From a virus (lineage: Duplodnaviria > Heunggongvirae > Uroviricota > Caudoviricetes), in the IMG/VR virus record IMGVR_UViG_3300039208_000295: a stretch of DNA of 64,000 nt. One strand, 5' to 3'. Both the position numbers and the translations under genes were made by a program. Shown here piece after piece: positions 24,555 to 31,827 of the stretch. How positions within the stretch are numbered: position 1 is the stretch's first letter; each line of letters starts with the position of its first letter. The notes below the pieces were generated by a model that saw only the letters and a list, made by a program, of their open reading frames with translations, searched no databases and was not told the DNA's origin.

Positions 24555-25403
24555 GTGTCGTATGGCATGACGTTTTTGAGGAGAAAGATAATGAGTTTAC
24601 AAGCAAGATCTGGTATTATTGAAGATAATTGGCAATTAATTCCGTTTCTAAACGTAAAGTATGGCCCTGAAGACTGGGAATACTTAGATCAATATCGCAC
24701 GCCTGGCAATTCTGGCGTAGCAGTGGTTTGGTTCCATGGTGGCGGTGGTGTCATTGGCACTAACGATATCGATGTCGCGAATCATCCGTTTGATGCATTC
24801 CGCAACGCAAAGCAGGATGTTGTATCTGTTAAATACGGCCTTTCTGACGAAGGGGCGACTTACCCAAAACAGCAGATTTCTGCTGGACGTGCCATCAAAT
24901 GGTGTTATGATGAAGGGTACACCAAGGTTGTCGTATTCGGCAACTCTTGGGGTGGCATGATTGCGGGTCTCGCTACGCTCGACGCTGATAAAGCGGCGAT
25001 TAAGCGTGCCGATGCTCAAGTTCTTTGGGGTGTTCCTACTGACTTCTGGACCGTGACAAGCCCAGACGCCAGCGGTAGTTTGCCGGCATACTTCACCGGA
25101 AATTATTCCGGTGTTGCTATTCCGCATTCGACACTAACTGAATCTCAGTTAAAAAGCGTTTCTATGTGGTGGATCGCTGAAAGCGGTCAACTGCACGTTC
25201 CGACGTTTTGTAGTTATTATAGACGAGTTGGAGTTTCTGGTGAAATCTTCAATCCGCATGATGGTTATTACGCTCAACATATCATTGACAAAATGATCGC
25301 GTTGGGTGAAACAAATACTGAATCTGAAAACACATCAAGTACCGGTGGTATCCTAGCGATTGATGCTAGTGGTATCGCTAACTGGATCGATAATCTGGGC
25401 TAA
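24555..25403 (+). CDS. Alpha/beta-hydrolase (fold-3 esterase/lipase-like)
   Basis: HGGG oxyanion motif (WFHGGGGV) and nucleophile elbow GNSWGG (G-x-S-x-G). Confidence 0.6.
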   Translation: MSYGMTFLRRKIMSLQARSGIIEDNWQLIPFLNVKYGPEDWEYLDQYRTPGNSGVAVVWFHGGGGVIGTNDIDVANHPFDAFRNAKQDVVSVKYGLSDEGATYPKQQISAGRAIKWCYDEGYTKVVVFGNSWGGMIAGLATLDADKAAIKRADAQVLWGVPTDFWTVTSPDASGSLPAYFTGNYSGVAIPHSTLTESQLKSVSMWWIAESGQLHVPTFCSYYRRVGVSGEIFNPHDGYYAQHIIDKMIALGETNTESENTSSTGGILAIDASGIANWIDNLG

Positions 25404-25415
25404 ATAGTCCATGGT

Positions 25416-25502
25416 GGGGGCGTTTACCGAGCGGTCGAAGGTATCCGGCTTTTAACCGGGCGGGCGAAAGCCCCATCGTGGGTTCGAATCCTACCGCCCT
25501 CA
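25416..25502 (+). tRNA. tRNA with anticodon UUU (Lys-type) carrying an extra GAAA hairpin in the variable region
   Basis: Acceptor gggggcg pairs with cgccctc. D-arm tacc-gagcggtcgaa-ggta. Anticodon arm tccgg-cttttaa-ccggg. A gggc-gaaa-gccc hairpin precedes the T-arm gtggg-ttcgaat-cctac. Discriminator A, with CCA encoded. Confidence 0.45.
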
Positions 25503-25555
25503 CCAACTAAATTTTACGAAGACTCTCTTGACAATACGACAAAGTCGTGTAGAAT

Positions 25556-25918
25556 GTGGACACTATGACTACGAAACGAACCAAGAAGAAGTTTCCCCTG
25601 GCGGACGTACTCACCATCGTTTGTGGCATCGAACTTGGCGAATCTGGCCGAGAGGGTGCCCTGAAAGTTGCTCGTTTTTTCATGGATGAGAAAGATATGT
25701 CCATGGAAGAGTTAGAGCAACGCGGCTATGATATTCAGCAGTTGCTTCGAATTCAATTGACGCAATTTTCACAAATTGACGCTGAGGTTGATCAATACGA
25801 GAAATTCCTAGCAGCCGCAGAAGATCAGTCACAGGCCGACTCGCTTGCGGACGATTTCGTTACGCAACAGATGCATACTCACGGAGAAACTGTAGAAGTA
25901 CATAAAATGGGGTCGTAG
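25556..25918 (+). CDS. Hypothetical acidic protein
   Basis: 120-aa ORF. The TAG stop lies inside the next tRNA. Confidence 0.4.
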   Translation: MDTMTTKRTKKKFPLADVLTIVCGIELGESGREGALKVARFFMDEKDMSMEELEQRGYDIQQLLRIQLTQFSQIDAEVDQYEKFLAAAEDQSQADSLADDFVTQQMHTHGETVEVHKMGS

Positions 25919-25982
25919 CCCAATCGGCAGAGGCAACAGACTTAAAATCTGTCAAGTGTGGGTTCGAGTCCCACCGACCCTA
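25909..25982 (+). tRNA. tRNA-Leu (anticodon UAA) with a short, class-I-like variable loop
   Basis: Acceptor ggggtcg pairs with cgaccct. D-arm gcc-caatcggcaga-ggc. Anticodon arm acaga-cttaaaa-tctgt. Variable loop caagt. T-arm gtggg-ttcgagt-cccac. Discriminator A, with CCA encoded. Confidence 0.6.
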
Positions 25983-26055
25983 CCAATCAGGTGAAGGACT
26001 TTATCCGAAGATTCGGATTTACTATTCACGTATTAGTATTCTGGATTGTCGCTTC

Positions 26056-26301
26056 TTGTCTGATAACTATAATCTTAACCTTGTTATGAATGACACCACT
26101 AACTGGATTGACGTTTATGTCAGATCTAACGACGACTTTCTTGCACGGGAACGTTGGCCTTCGGTGCTTTGCTGTCGACCATTAACCGGGGAATGTATAG
26201 AAGCAGATTCTAAAAAACTTGGTAAAGTTTGCCGTGTTACGCACCGAAGAAAATCAGATGGTTCTCCTTATTTGGAGATTGAAGTAACAAAACTAGTTTA
26301 G
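26056..26301 (+). CDS. Hypothetical small protein
   Basis: 81-aa ORF. Confidence 0.35.
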   Translation: MSDNYNLNLVMNDTTNWIDVYVRSNDDFLARERWPSVLCCRPLTGECIEADSKKLGKVCRVTHRRKSDGSPYLEIEVTKLV

Positions 26302-26308
26302 AACAAAT

Positions 26309-26381
26309 GCACGAGTAGCCCAACGGCAGAGGCACATGGCTTAGGACCATGCAAGTGTGGGTTCGAATCCCACCTCGTGTA
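26309..26381 (+). tRNA. tRNA-Leu (anticodon UAG) with a short variable loop
   Basis: Acceptor gcacgag pairs with ctcgtgt. Anticodon arm catgg-cttagga-ccatg. T-arm gtggg-ttcgaat-cccac. Discriminator A, with CCA encoded. Confidence 0.6.
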
Positions 26382-26399
26382 CCATACATTTTGTGTAAA

Positions 26400-26711
26400 A
26401 TGCCGAAAGTAACTGCACAAGACTTGGATTTTTGCGTTGAGCAAATCGTTGAAGCTGCTACCAATTGGAATACTTATCCTGGATTTGGTGGAGAACGTTG
26501 TGGTGGTTGCTATGCGGAAGCAAATGTTTTAGCTGATGGACCAGGATGGTTTTGTCCTTGTGGACATTGGAACATGCAATGCAGAAATCATCAACGTCCT
26601 CACGAAGAACCCACTTTTGGCCCCATGGCTTGTACGATCAAAAGGGCACATCGGATTGTGACTAGTGTTTATGCTGGTCACCAAAAAGGTAAAAGGTGGA
26701 TTAAAAAATGA
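26400..26711 (+). CDS. Hypothetical Cys-rich protein
   Basis: MPKVTAQDLDF... Internal ATG after the tRNA. CGGCY...CPCGHW motifs. Confidence 0.4.
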   Translation: MPKVTAQDLDFCVEQIVEAATNWNTYPGFGGERCGGCYAEANVLADGPGWFCPCGHWNMQCRNHQRPHEEPTFGPMACTIKRAHRIVTSVYAGHQKGKRWIKK

Positions 26712-27040
26712 GATTTGATAACATGAAGTCTACCGGCACACAATACTGTGGCCGTGACGTTTATGAAATGCAGACTTCGGCCAACACATTTGATAGTGGC
26801 ATCTTAATTCGTGGAAGTAAATCTCAGTTACAAAGAATTAAAAAAGCTCTCAATCGACCCGTGGGGCAATATATCGTGCTTATTAACGACGCTAATAACG
26901 CCATGCGACCCTATGGGCCATTTGAAACATATAAAGACGCACAAGAATATGTAGATAGACGTAAGCAATCGAGAGCAAGAACTGCTCCTAGTGTTCATGA
27001 GGGCAATTATATTATTCAATATCTATGTGAAGTCAAATGA
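26708..27040 (+). CDS. Hypothetical protein
   Basis: 110-aa ORF. Confidence 0.4.
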   Translation: MRFDNMKSTGTQYCGRDVYEMQTSANTFDSGILIRGSKSQLQRIKKALNRPVGQYIVLINDANNAMRPYGPFETYKDAQEYVDRRKQSRARTAPSVHEGNYIIQYLCEVK

Positions 27041-27324
27041 CAGATCATACCGAAGAAATCGCCGAGCTTGAGCAACGTGTACGTCGTCTCAAAGAAGAGC
27101 AACGTGCATTTAATAACCTATCTAAGGCACAAAAAATTGCCGATGCTCTGCACGGCAAGTTATGTCGCCAAAACCATACGGACGGATGTGGTTGGGGATA
27201 TGAAAGCTGGGATAAGCCAGGCCATGCCAAAAAAAGATATCTTGACGCAGCAGAAAAAGTGCTGCGTCAAGTGGACTATCCCCGAGCAGTAAAAATTGTG
27301 GAAGCACTTGACAGGCTTGCATAG
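27037..27324 (+). CDS. Hypothetical protein
   Basis: 95-aa ORF. Confidence 0.4.
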   Translation: MTDHTEEIAELEQRVRRLKEEQRAFNNLSKAQKIADALHGKLCRQNHTDGCGWGYESWDKPGHAKKRYLDAAEKVLRQVDYPRAVKIVEALDRLA

Positions 27325-27336
27325 CGTGATATAATG

Positions 27337-27407
27337 GGGGAGATGGTGTAATGGCAGCACGACGGTCTCATAAGCCGTTAGTTCAAGTTCGAATCTTGAT
27401 CTCCCTA
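27337..27407 (+). tRNA. tRNA-Met (anticodon CAU; elongator or Ile2-type, not an initiator)
   Basis: Acceptor ggggaga pairs with tctccct. D-arm gtgt-aatggca-gcac. Anticodon arm acggt-ctcataa-gccgt. T-arm tcaag-ttcgaat-cttga. Discriminator A, with CCA encoded. Confidence 0.6.
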
Positions 27408-27417
27408 CCAAAATAGA

Positions 27418-27606
27418 ATGACTAATAACGATAAAACTCTCTGTAATTGGTGGGAACTCCATCACTGGGGCCCTTGGGAACAAGTTCATGAAACGATTAT
27501 AGAACCCGAGGGATATGCTGACGGTGAGTATACAATTATTCAAAAACGCGTTTGTAAAAAATGCGGTTTCACTAAACTTAATAAACAATCTCAAATAATT
27601 TCTTAA
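27418..27606 (+). CDS. Small zinc-ribbon protein
   Basis: 62-aa ORF with a CKKCGF motif. Confidence 0.35.
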   Translation: MTNNDKTLCNWWELHHWGPWEQVHETIIEPEGYADGEYTIIQKRVCKKCGFTKLNKQSQIIS

Positions 27607-27608
27607 TT

Positions 27609-27941
27609 ATGGCTAATAAAATCGCAGTTGTCGATCCCGCTCACGTTCGTAACGGTCAAACCCGCAGTGCGGTTGCTAATATCAATCGTCTTCTTAGCCA
27701 ACTGTGGCGAAGCCACATGGCCAATGACGATAGTCCGGGACTTGTAATTAAGTCTCGCTTTTTGGATCGCAGAAGCGTGCGTCAAAACGTTGTCAAGCTT
27801 TTTAGTGACCAAGGCTGGACCGTTACACCCGAACTTATTACATATGGTGGCGAAGAAAACGGTAAACCCATCAAAAACACTGCCGGTCAGGTTCGTCCTC
27901 TCTTCAATGTTTGGTGGCTACGTTTTCAGCTAGAAAGCTGA
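27609..27941 (+). CDS. Hypothetical protein
   Basis: 110-aa ORF. Confidence 0.4.
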   Translation: MANKIAVVDPAHVRNGQTRSAVANINRLLSQLWRSHMANDDSPGLVIKSRFLDRRSVRQNVVKLFSDQGWTVTPELITYGGEENGKPIKNTAGQVRPLFNVWWLRFQLES

Positions 27942-27952
27942 TCTAAAATCAG

Positions 27953-28023
27953 GGGCGATTAGTTTAATGGCAAAACTCCCGGCTTACATCCGGAAGATGG
28001 GGGTTCGATTCCCTCATCGCCTA
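27953..28023 (+). tRNA. tRNA-Val (anticodon UAC)
   Basis: Acceptor gggcgat pairs with atcgcct. D-arm gttt-aatggca-aaac. Loop cttacat. T-arm ggggg-ttcgatt-ccctc. Discriminator A, with CCA encoded. Confidence 0.6.
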
Positions 28024-28027
28024 CCAA

Positions 28028-28098
28028 AGGTCGTTAGTGTAGTGGTAACACAACAGATTCCAAATCTGTATACCGGGGTTCGATTCCTCGGCGGCCTG
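28028..28098 (+). tRNA. tRNA-Trp (anticodon CCA)
   Basis: Acceptor aggtcgt pairs with gcggcct (two G-U pairs). D-arm gtgt-agtggta-acac. Anticodon arm acaga-ttccaaa-tctgt. T-arm cgggg-ttcgatt-cctcg. Discriminator G, with CCA encoded. Confidence 0.65.
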
Positions 28099-28115
28099 CC
28101 AATACGGAGCAATTA

Positions 28116-28307
28116 ATGCCAACATACGATTACAAGTGTATGGCCTGTGGCCATAGCCTGGAAATTTTCCAGAAAATCACCGAAGGTGCCAAACGAAAAT
28201 GCCCCGAGTGTGGAGCACTCAAGCTAAAGCGGCAGATTGGCACCGGAGGTGCTATTATTTTCAAAGGTGAAGGATTTCACTGCAACGACTATCCGAAAAA
28301 TGAGTAA
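28116..28307 (+). CDS. FmdB-family zinc-ribbon protein
   Basis: MPTYDYKCMACGH...CPECG matches the family pattern M-P-x-Y-E-Y-x-C-x-x-C-G...C-P-x-C-G. Confidence 0.6.
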   Translation: MPTYDYKCMACGHSLEIFQKITEGAKRKCPECGALKLKRQIGTGGAIIFKGEGFHCNDYPKNE

Positions 28308-28797
28308 CTTAGAACTTGAATTAGAAAAGGCGATCAAAATTGCCCTAGAAGCTCATGCGGGCCAAATGGATAAGGCGGGGCAACCCTATATTCTTCATCC
28401 TTTGGCGGTTATGGGTATGGTGGCCACAACCGCCGAAAAAATCGTTGCAGTACTACATGACGTAATCGAAGATACTGACGTAACAATGCTTATTCTCCGA
28501 GGAGCCCTTGCTGTCGGAGAAGAGATTTTTGAAGCTATTGAAGCAATTACAAAACGCAAAAATAAAGAGTCATATCTCGAATACATGAATCGGGTGCGTG
28601 CCAGTAAAATCGCTACAATTGTAAAATTGGCCGATATGGCCCATAACACCGATCCGGACAGAATTAGCTATTTGAGCATTCAAAAGCAATTGCGTCTTGT
28701 AGCTAAATACGCCCGTGGACGCCATTATCTCAAAACTGGCGAATGGCACTCTACTCGCCAATTAGAAGAATTGATTAGGGCGGGATATAGACAGTAA
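28303..28797 (+). CDS. HD-domain (p)ppGpp hydrolase-like protein (SpoT/Mesh1-type small alarmone hydrolase)
   Basis: HAGQMDKAGQPYILHPLAV...VAVLHDVIEDT matches the H-x-x-Q...Y-x-x-H-P-L...L-L-H-D-x-x-E-D-T pattern of the SpoT hydrolase domain. Confidence 0.55.
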   Translation, partial: SNLELELEKAIKIALEAHAGQMDKAGQPYILHPLAVMGMVATTAEKIVAVLHDVIEDTDVTMLILRGALAVGEEIFEAIEAITKRKNKESYLEYMNRVRASKIATIVKLADMAHNTDPDRISYLSIQKQLRLVAKYARGRHYLKTGEWHSTRQLEELIRAGYRQ

Positions 28798-28849
28798 AGG
28801 CCCTGAGGAGCAAAATCTACTAAATACCCCTTCCTCCGAATTCTGTAAT

Positions 28850-29578
28850 ATGCCGACACACGACTTTTGGGAAGTAGCAGACAATCGCGGTAGTCTCCGC
28901 TACGTAGAATACTTCCGACTTATTTTTGACACGATTCCGCCCCTCACTCGCGGCTGGTTGGCGGGAGGAGCCCTCCGACGACTATTTGAGGGCCAAGTAT
29001 TTGGCGGCCATGACTTTGATCTTTTCTTTCAAAGACAAGAAGACTCACAAGCTTATGCTGCTCTATTAGAGCAATGCGGTGCTGAAGAAAAGTATCGATC
29101 TGGTAATGCTATTACTTACCTTCTCAATATCGAAGGAAATGATTTTTATTTACAGGTAGTCACAGGATTCTATTCGGATACTGCCGAGGAATTATTGGGT
29201 AAATTTGACTTTACAGTTTGTCAATTCGCGACCGACGGAAAGGTACTGACCACCGGTCACGATAGTTTTGATCATCTCGACAATAAGGTGGTCGAAATCG
29301 ATCACGCCGCCATCCATTCTGCTAGTTCAACAATCCATCGTTTATGTAAATTGGCAGCCGATGGATATAAGCCCGACAAAACAATGATTATTAGGATTTG
29401 TGGCACATTAGTTTCCAATCCGGAAACATTAACTGCAATGGGAGTCGTTAGTGGTGGTCCCGATCAAACAAATCCTTGCTTAACTCAGTATGAAAAGGCT
29501 GTTGCTACGGCAAAAGAAATGTCGAATATAGCTAATCAAGTTAAAAGCACTATCTTAGATGAGTCTGCTAATTTTTGA
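28850..29578 (+). CDS. Pol-beta-superfamily nucleotidyltransferase-domain protein
   Basis: GGALRRLFEG...HDFDLFF fits the G-G-x-x-R-D...D-x-D pattern of minimal CCA/poly(A)-type nucleotidyltransferases. Confidence 0.45.
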   Translation: MPTHDFWEVADNRGSLRYVEYFRLIFDTIPPLTRGWLAGGALRRLFEGQVFGGHDFDLFFQRQEDSQAYAALLEQCGAEEKYRSGNAITYLLNIEGNDFYLQVVTGFYSDTAEELLGKFDFTVCQFATDGKVLTTGHDSFDHLDNKVVEIDHAAIHSASSTIHRLCKLAADGYKPDKTMIIRICGTLVSNPETLTAMGVVSGGPDQTNPCLTQYEKAVATAKEMSNIANQVKSTILDESANF

Positions 29579-29583
29579 AACAT

Positions 29584-29656
29584 GCCCTCATAGTGTAATG
29601 GACCAGCACAAGTGTCTTCTAAACATTTAGTCCAGGTTCGAATCCTGGTGGGGGTA
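29584..29656 (+). tRNA. tRNA-Arg (anticodon UCU)
   Basis: Acceptor gccctca pairs with tgggggt. D-arm gtgt-aatggacca-gcac. Anticodon arm agtgt-cttctaa-acatt. T-arm ccagg-ttcgaat-cctgg. Discriminator A, with CCA encoded. Confidence 0.6.
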
Positions 29657-29679
29657 CCAACTCACTTCGTTCGTAGTAC

Positions 29680-29997
29680 ATGAGTAGTAAAAAGAAATTA
29701 TACATTAGAAAGTTCTTAAACAAACGCGGAAATCACGGAATGGCGTCAGTTTTGGCGTCGATTTACGTTGGTGATTATGGCATTAAGGACAAACCAAGCC
29801 CCTATATTGACGCTACTTTTGACATTTCTGATTGCAGTCGTGTGATCAGTTTGGACTTTCATGGGTCTGACAAAAGTAGTATTGAAAACAATCTTTTCAA
29901 GTTAGATACACTCATTGGAGCCCTTCATAAGTTCCGTGAAGTATACGAGTTAGAGCAACGAAAGATTCTTGAAAAGGACAGTGACAACACCGAGTAA
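29680..29997 (+). CDS. Hypothetical protein
   Basis: 105-aa ORF. Confidence 0.4.
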   Translation: MSSKKKLYIRKFLNKRGNHGMASVLASIYVGDYGIKDKPSPYIDATFDISDCSRVISLDFHGSDKSSIENNLFKLDTLIGALHKFREVYELEQRKILEKDSDNTE

Positions 29998-30050
29998 CGC
30001 GGCATCATAGCTCTGCGTAAACGCCCCAATTATAAACCAACAGGAGCAAT

Positions 30051-30584
30051 ATGGATACTGTACAAGATATTACATTAGAAAATTTCAAGGAGCGTACCGG
30101 AGCACGCTTTCGCATGACGGAAGAACAGCGGGCTCGTGTCGTTCTTACCGGTTTTTCTGACGAGCAGCGAGCAACGCTCGCAAGCTTGTCAGATATTGAA
30201 TCTGAATTGGCGGACTTCTTTAATGAAAAGAAGTATCGTAAATGGATGGGCAAAGCTCATGGCCTGGCGGGACAATGGACTGCCGAACTAGAGCTGAATA
30301 GAGAGGGTGCATTTAGGGAGTTTGTCGAACAAGGTGGACTCGAACGTGTACGCACCCGTCAACCGGTTATTCCTCTGTCTGTTTGGGTGGACCCTGATCT
30401 CACTTTAGAGAATTTCGCGGCAAAGGTCCAAGAGGCAACAGGCGTAGCCAATCGTAAGTTTCGTCGGCTCAAAGAACACTTTGCGAGGAACAACTCGCAA
30501 CTCGAACGTGATCTGACACCTGCCGAAGCTTTGTTAGATGTTATTTCACGTAAACGTATTGAATTCACTAAGGAAAATCAATGA
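30051..30584 (+). CDS. Hypothetical protein
   Basis: 177-aa ORF. Confidence 0.45.
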   Translation: MDTVQDITLENFKERTGARFRMTEEQRARVVLTGFSDEQRATLASLSDIESELADFFNEKKYRKWMGKAHGLAGQWTAELELNREGAFREFVEQGGLERVRTRQPVIPLSVWVDPDLTLENFAAKVQEATGVANRKFRRLKEHFARNNSQLERDLTPAEALLDVISRKRIEFTKENQ

Positions 30585-30979
30585 ATCTAAATACCGTTAT
30601 TCTTCAGGGCAACCTCGTTTCTGATCCGGAATTTGTTGGCGAGAACGGTAGTGTTGCTCGCTTTACTATCGCTTCCAACAGTGGCTTCGGTGAGAAACGC
30701 GAAGTCGATTATATCGATTGCGTCGCCTTTGGCAAGCAGGTCGATATCATTCGTCAATACTCTGGTAAAGGTCGCTTCGTGACCGTTCGTGGTCGTCTCC
30801 GTCAGAACCGCTGGCAGACCCCAGAAGGCGAGAACCGTTCGAAATTAGAAGTTCGGTTGGACAACTTTGACGGCTTCTATCTCGGCCCCCGTGGCAGCAA
30901 CGCCGATGAGAGCAACGTTGCCGAGCCTACCGTTACTGCTGGAGCCGAAGGCGGAAGCGGTGAGCAACCGCTTTTCTAA
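30581..30979 (+). CDS. ssb: Single-stranded DNA-binding protein (SSB)
   Basis: OB-fold-like N-terminus (MNLNTVILQGNLVSDPEF...), about 130 aa, and an acidic or Gly-rich tail ending in PLF. Confidence 0.55.
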   Translation: MNLNTVILQGNLVSDPEFVGENGSVARFTIASNSGFGEKREVDYIDCVAFGKQVDIIRQYSGKGRFVTVRGRLRQNRWQTPEGENRSKLEVRLDNFDGFYLGPRGSNADESNVAEPTVTAGAEGGSGEQPLF

Positions 30980-31015
30980 GAAACGACTTGACTGATCTCC
31001 TGTAGGGGATATACT

Positions 31016-31048
31016 AGTGCGGGGTCATAGTGCCCCGCACTATTTTTA
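31016..31048 (+). terminator. Rho-independent terminator after ssb
   Basis: agtgcgggg-tcatagtg-ccccgcact (9-bp GC-rich stem) followed by TATTTTTAT. Confidence 0.6.
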
Positions 31049-31052
31049 TACA

Positions 31053-31520
31053 ATGAAAAAACTCATTATCATTCGCGGTCCTAGCGGTTCTGGTAAAACT
31101 ACGATTGCTGCTAGCATTGGTCGTCACCAGGATTATAGTGTGTCTTGGCATGAAGCTGACGATTTTTTCGTTGGTGAAGATGGAGAGTATCATTTTAATC
31201 CTCAGTATCTTGGACAAGCTCACAAGTCATGCCAGGATTCTGTTCGCGTTGAAATGTGTTACGAACGCTCGATTATTGTGGTTAGTAATACTTCAATGAA
31301 GCGTTGGGAGATGAATCCCTATTTGCAGCTCGCACGAGAATTTGATTATGACATCGAAGTAATTCGTACGCCTGGCCCGTGGAACGCACAAGAGAGCTTT
31401 GAGCGTAACCTGCATGGTGTGCCCCTAACAACTATCGAAAAACAAATCGCTAAATACGAACCCTATGAGGGGGAGTTTGAGTGGCCTGATATTACTTATG
31501 AACGACGAGAACAAGAATAA
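31053..31520 (+). CDS. Polynucleotide 5'-kinase (Pnk kinase domain only)
   Basis: MKKLIIIRGPSGSGKTT resembles the T4 Pnk N-terminus MKKIILTIGCPGSGKST. About 155 aa with no phosphatase domain. Confidence 0.6.
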   Translation: MKKLIIIRGPSGSGKTTIAASIGRHQDYSVSWHEADDFFVGEDGEYHFNPQYLGQAHKSCQDSVRVEMCYERSIIVVSNTSMKRWEMNPYLQLAREFDYDIEVIRTPGPWNAQESFERNLHGVPLTTIEKQIAKYEPYEGEFEWPDITYERREQE

Positions 31521-31827
31521 CCTGTCGGCTAAGAAAAGTCTTTGTTATACTTGCAAGCATGGTTTGTGTATTGCACAACAAATGCACGCACAGGTGCTCG
31601 GGGAAATTACAGAACAAGAAGTCGAGAGTGAAGACCTCTTAGATATTCCGTGGGACGACGGAACCGAACCGGCTTCGGAGATTCCGCACGGAATGCAGCA
31701 TCTTCAGATGGACAGAGTGTGCTCGCTGTGTTACTATAACCCGCCGGGTCGCACTGATCCCCCCACTATCAATGCTGCCGTTATCACGGATTGCAACCGA
31801 TATGAACGAGACGATTCTATCCAATAA
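31498..31827 (+). CDS. Hypothetical Cys-rich protein
   Basis: Internal ATG (MNDENKNNLS...) with CYTCKHGLC and CSLCYY motifs. Confidence 0.35.
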   Translation: MNDENKNNLSAKKSLCYTCKHGLCIAQQMHAQVLGEITEQEVESEDLLDIPWDDGTEPASEIPHGMQHLQMDRVCSLCYYNPPGRTDPPTINAAVITDCNRYERDDSIQ

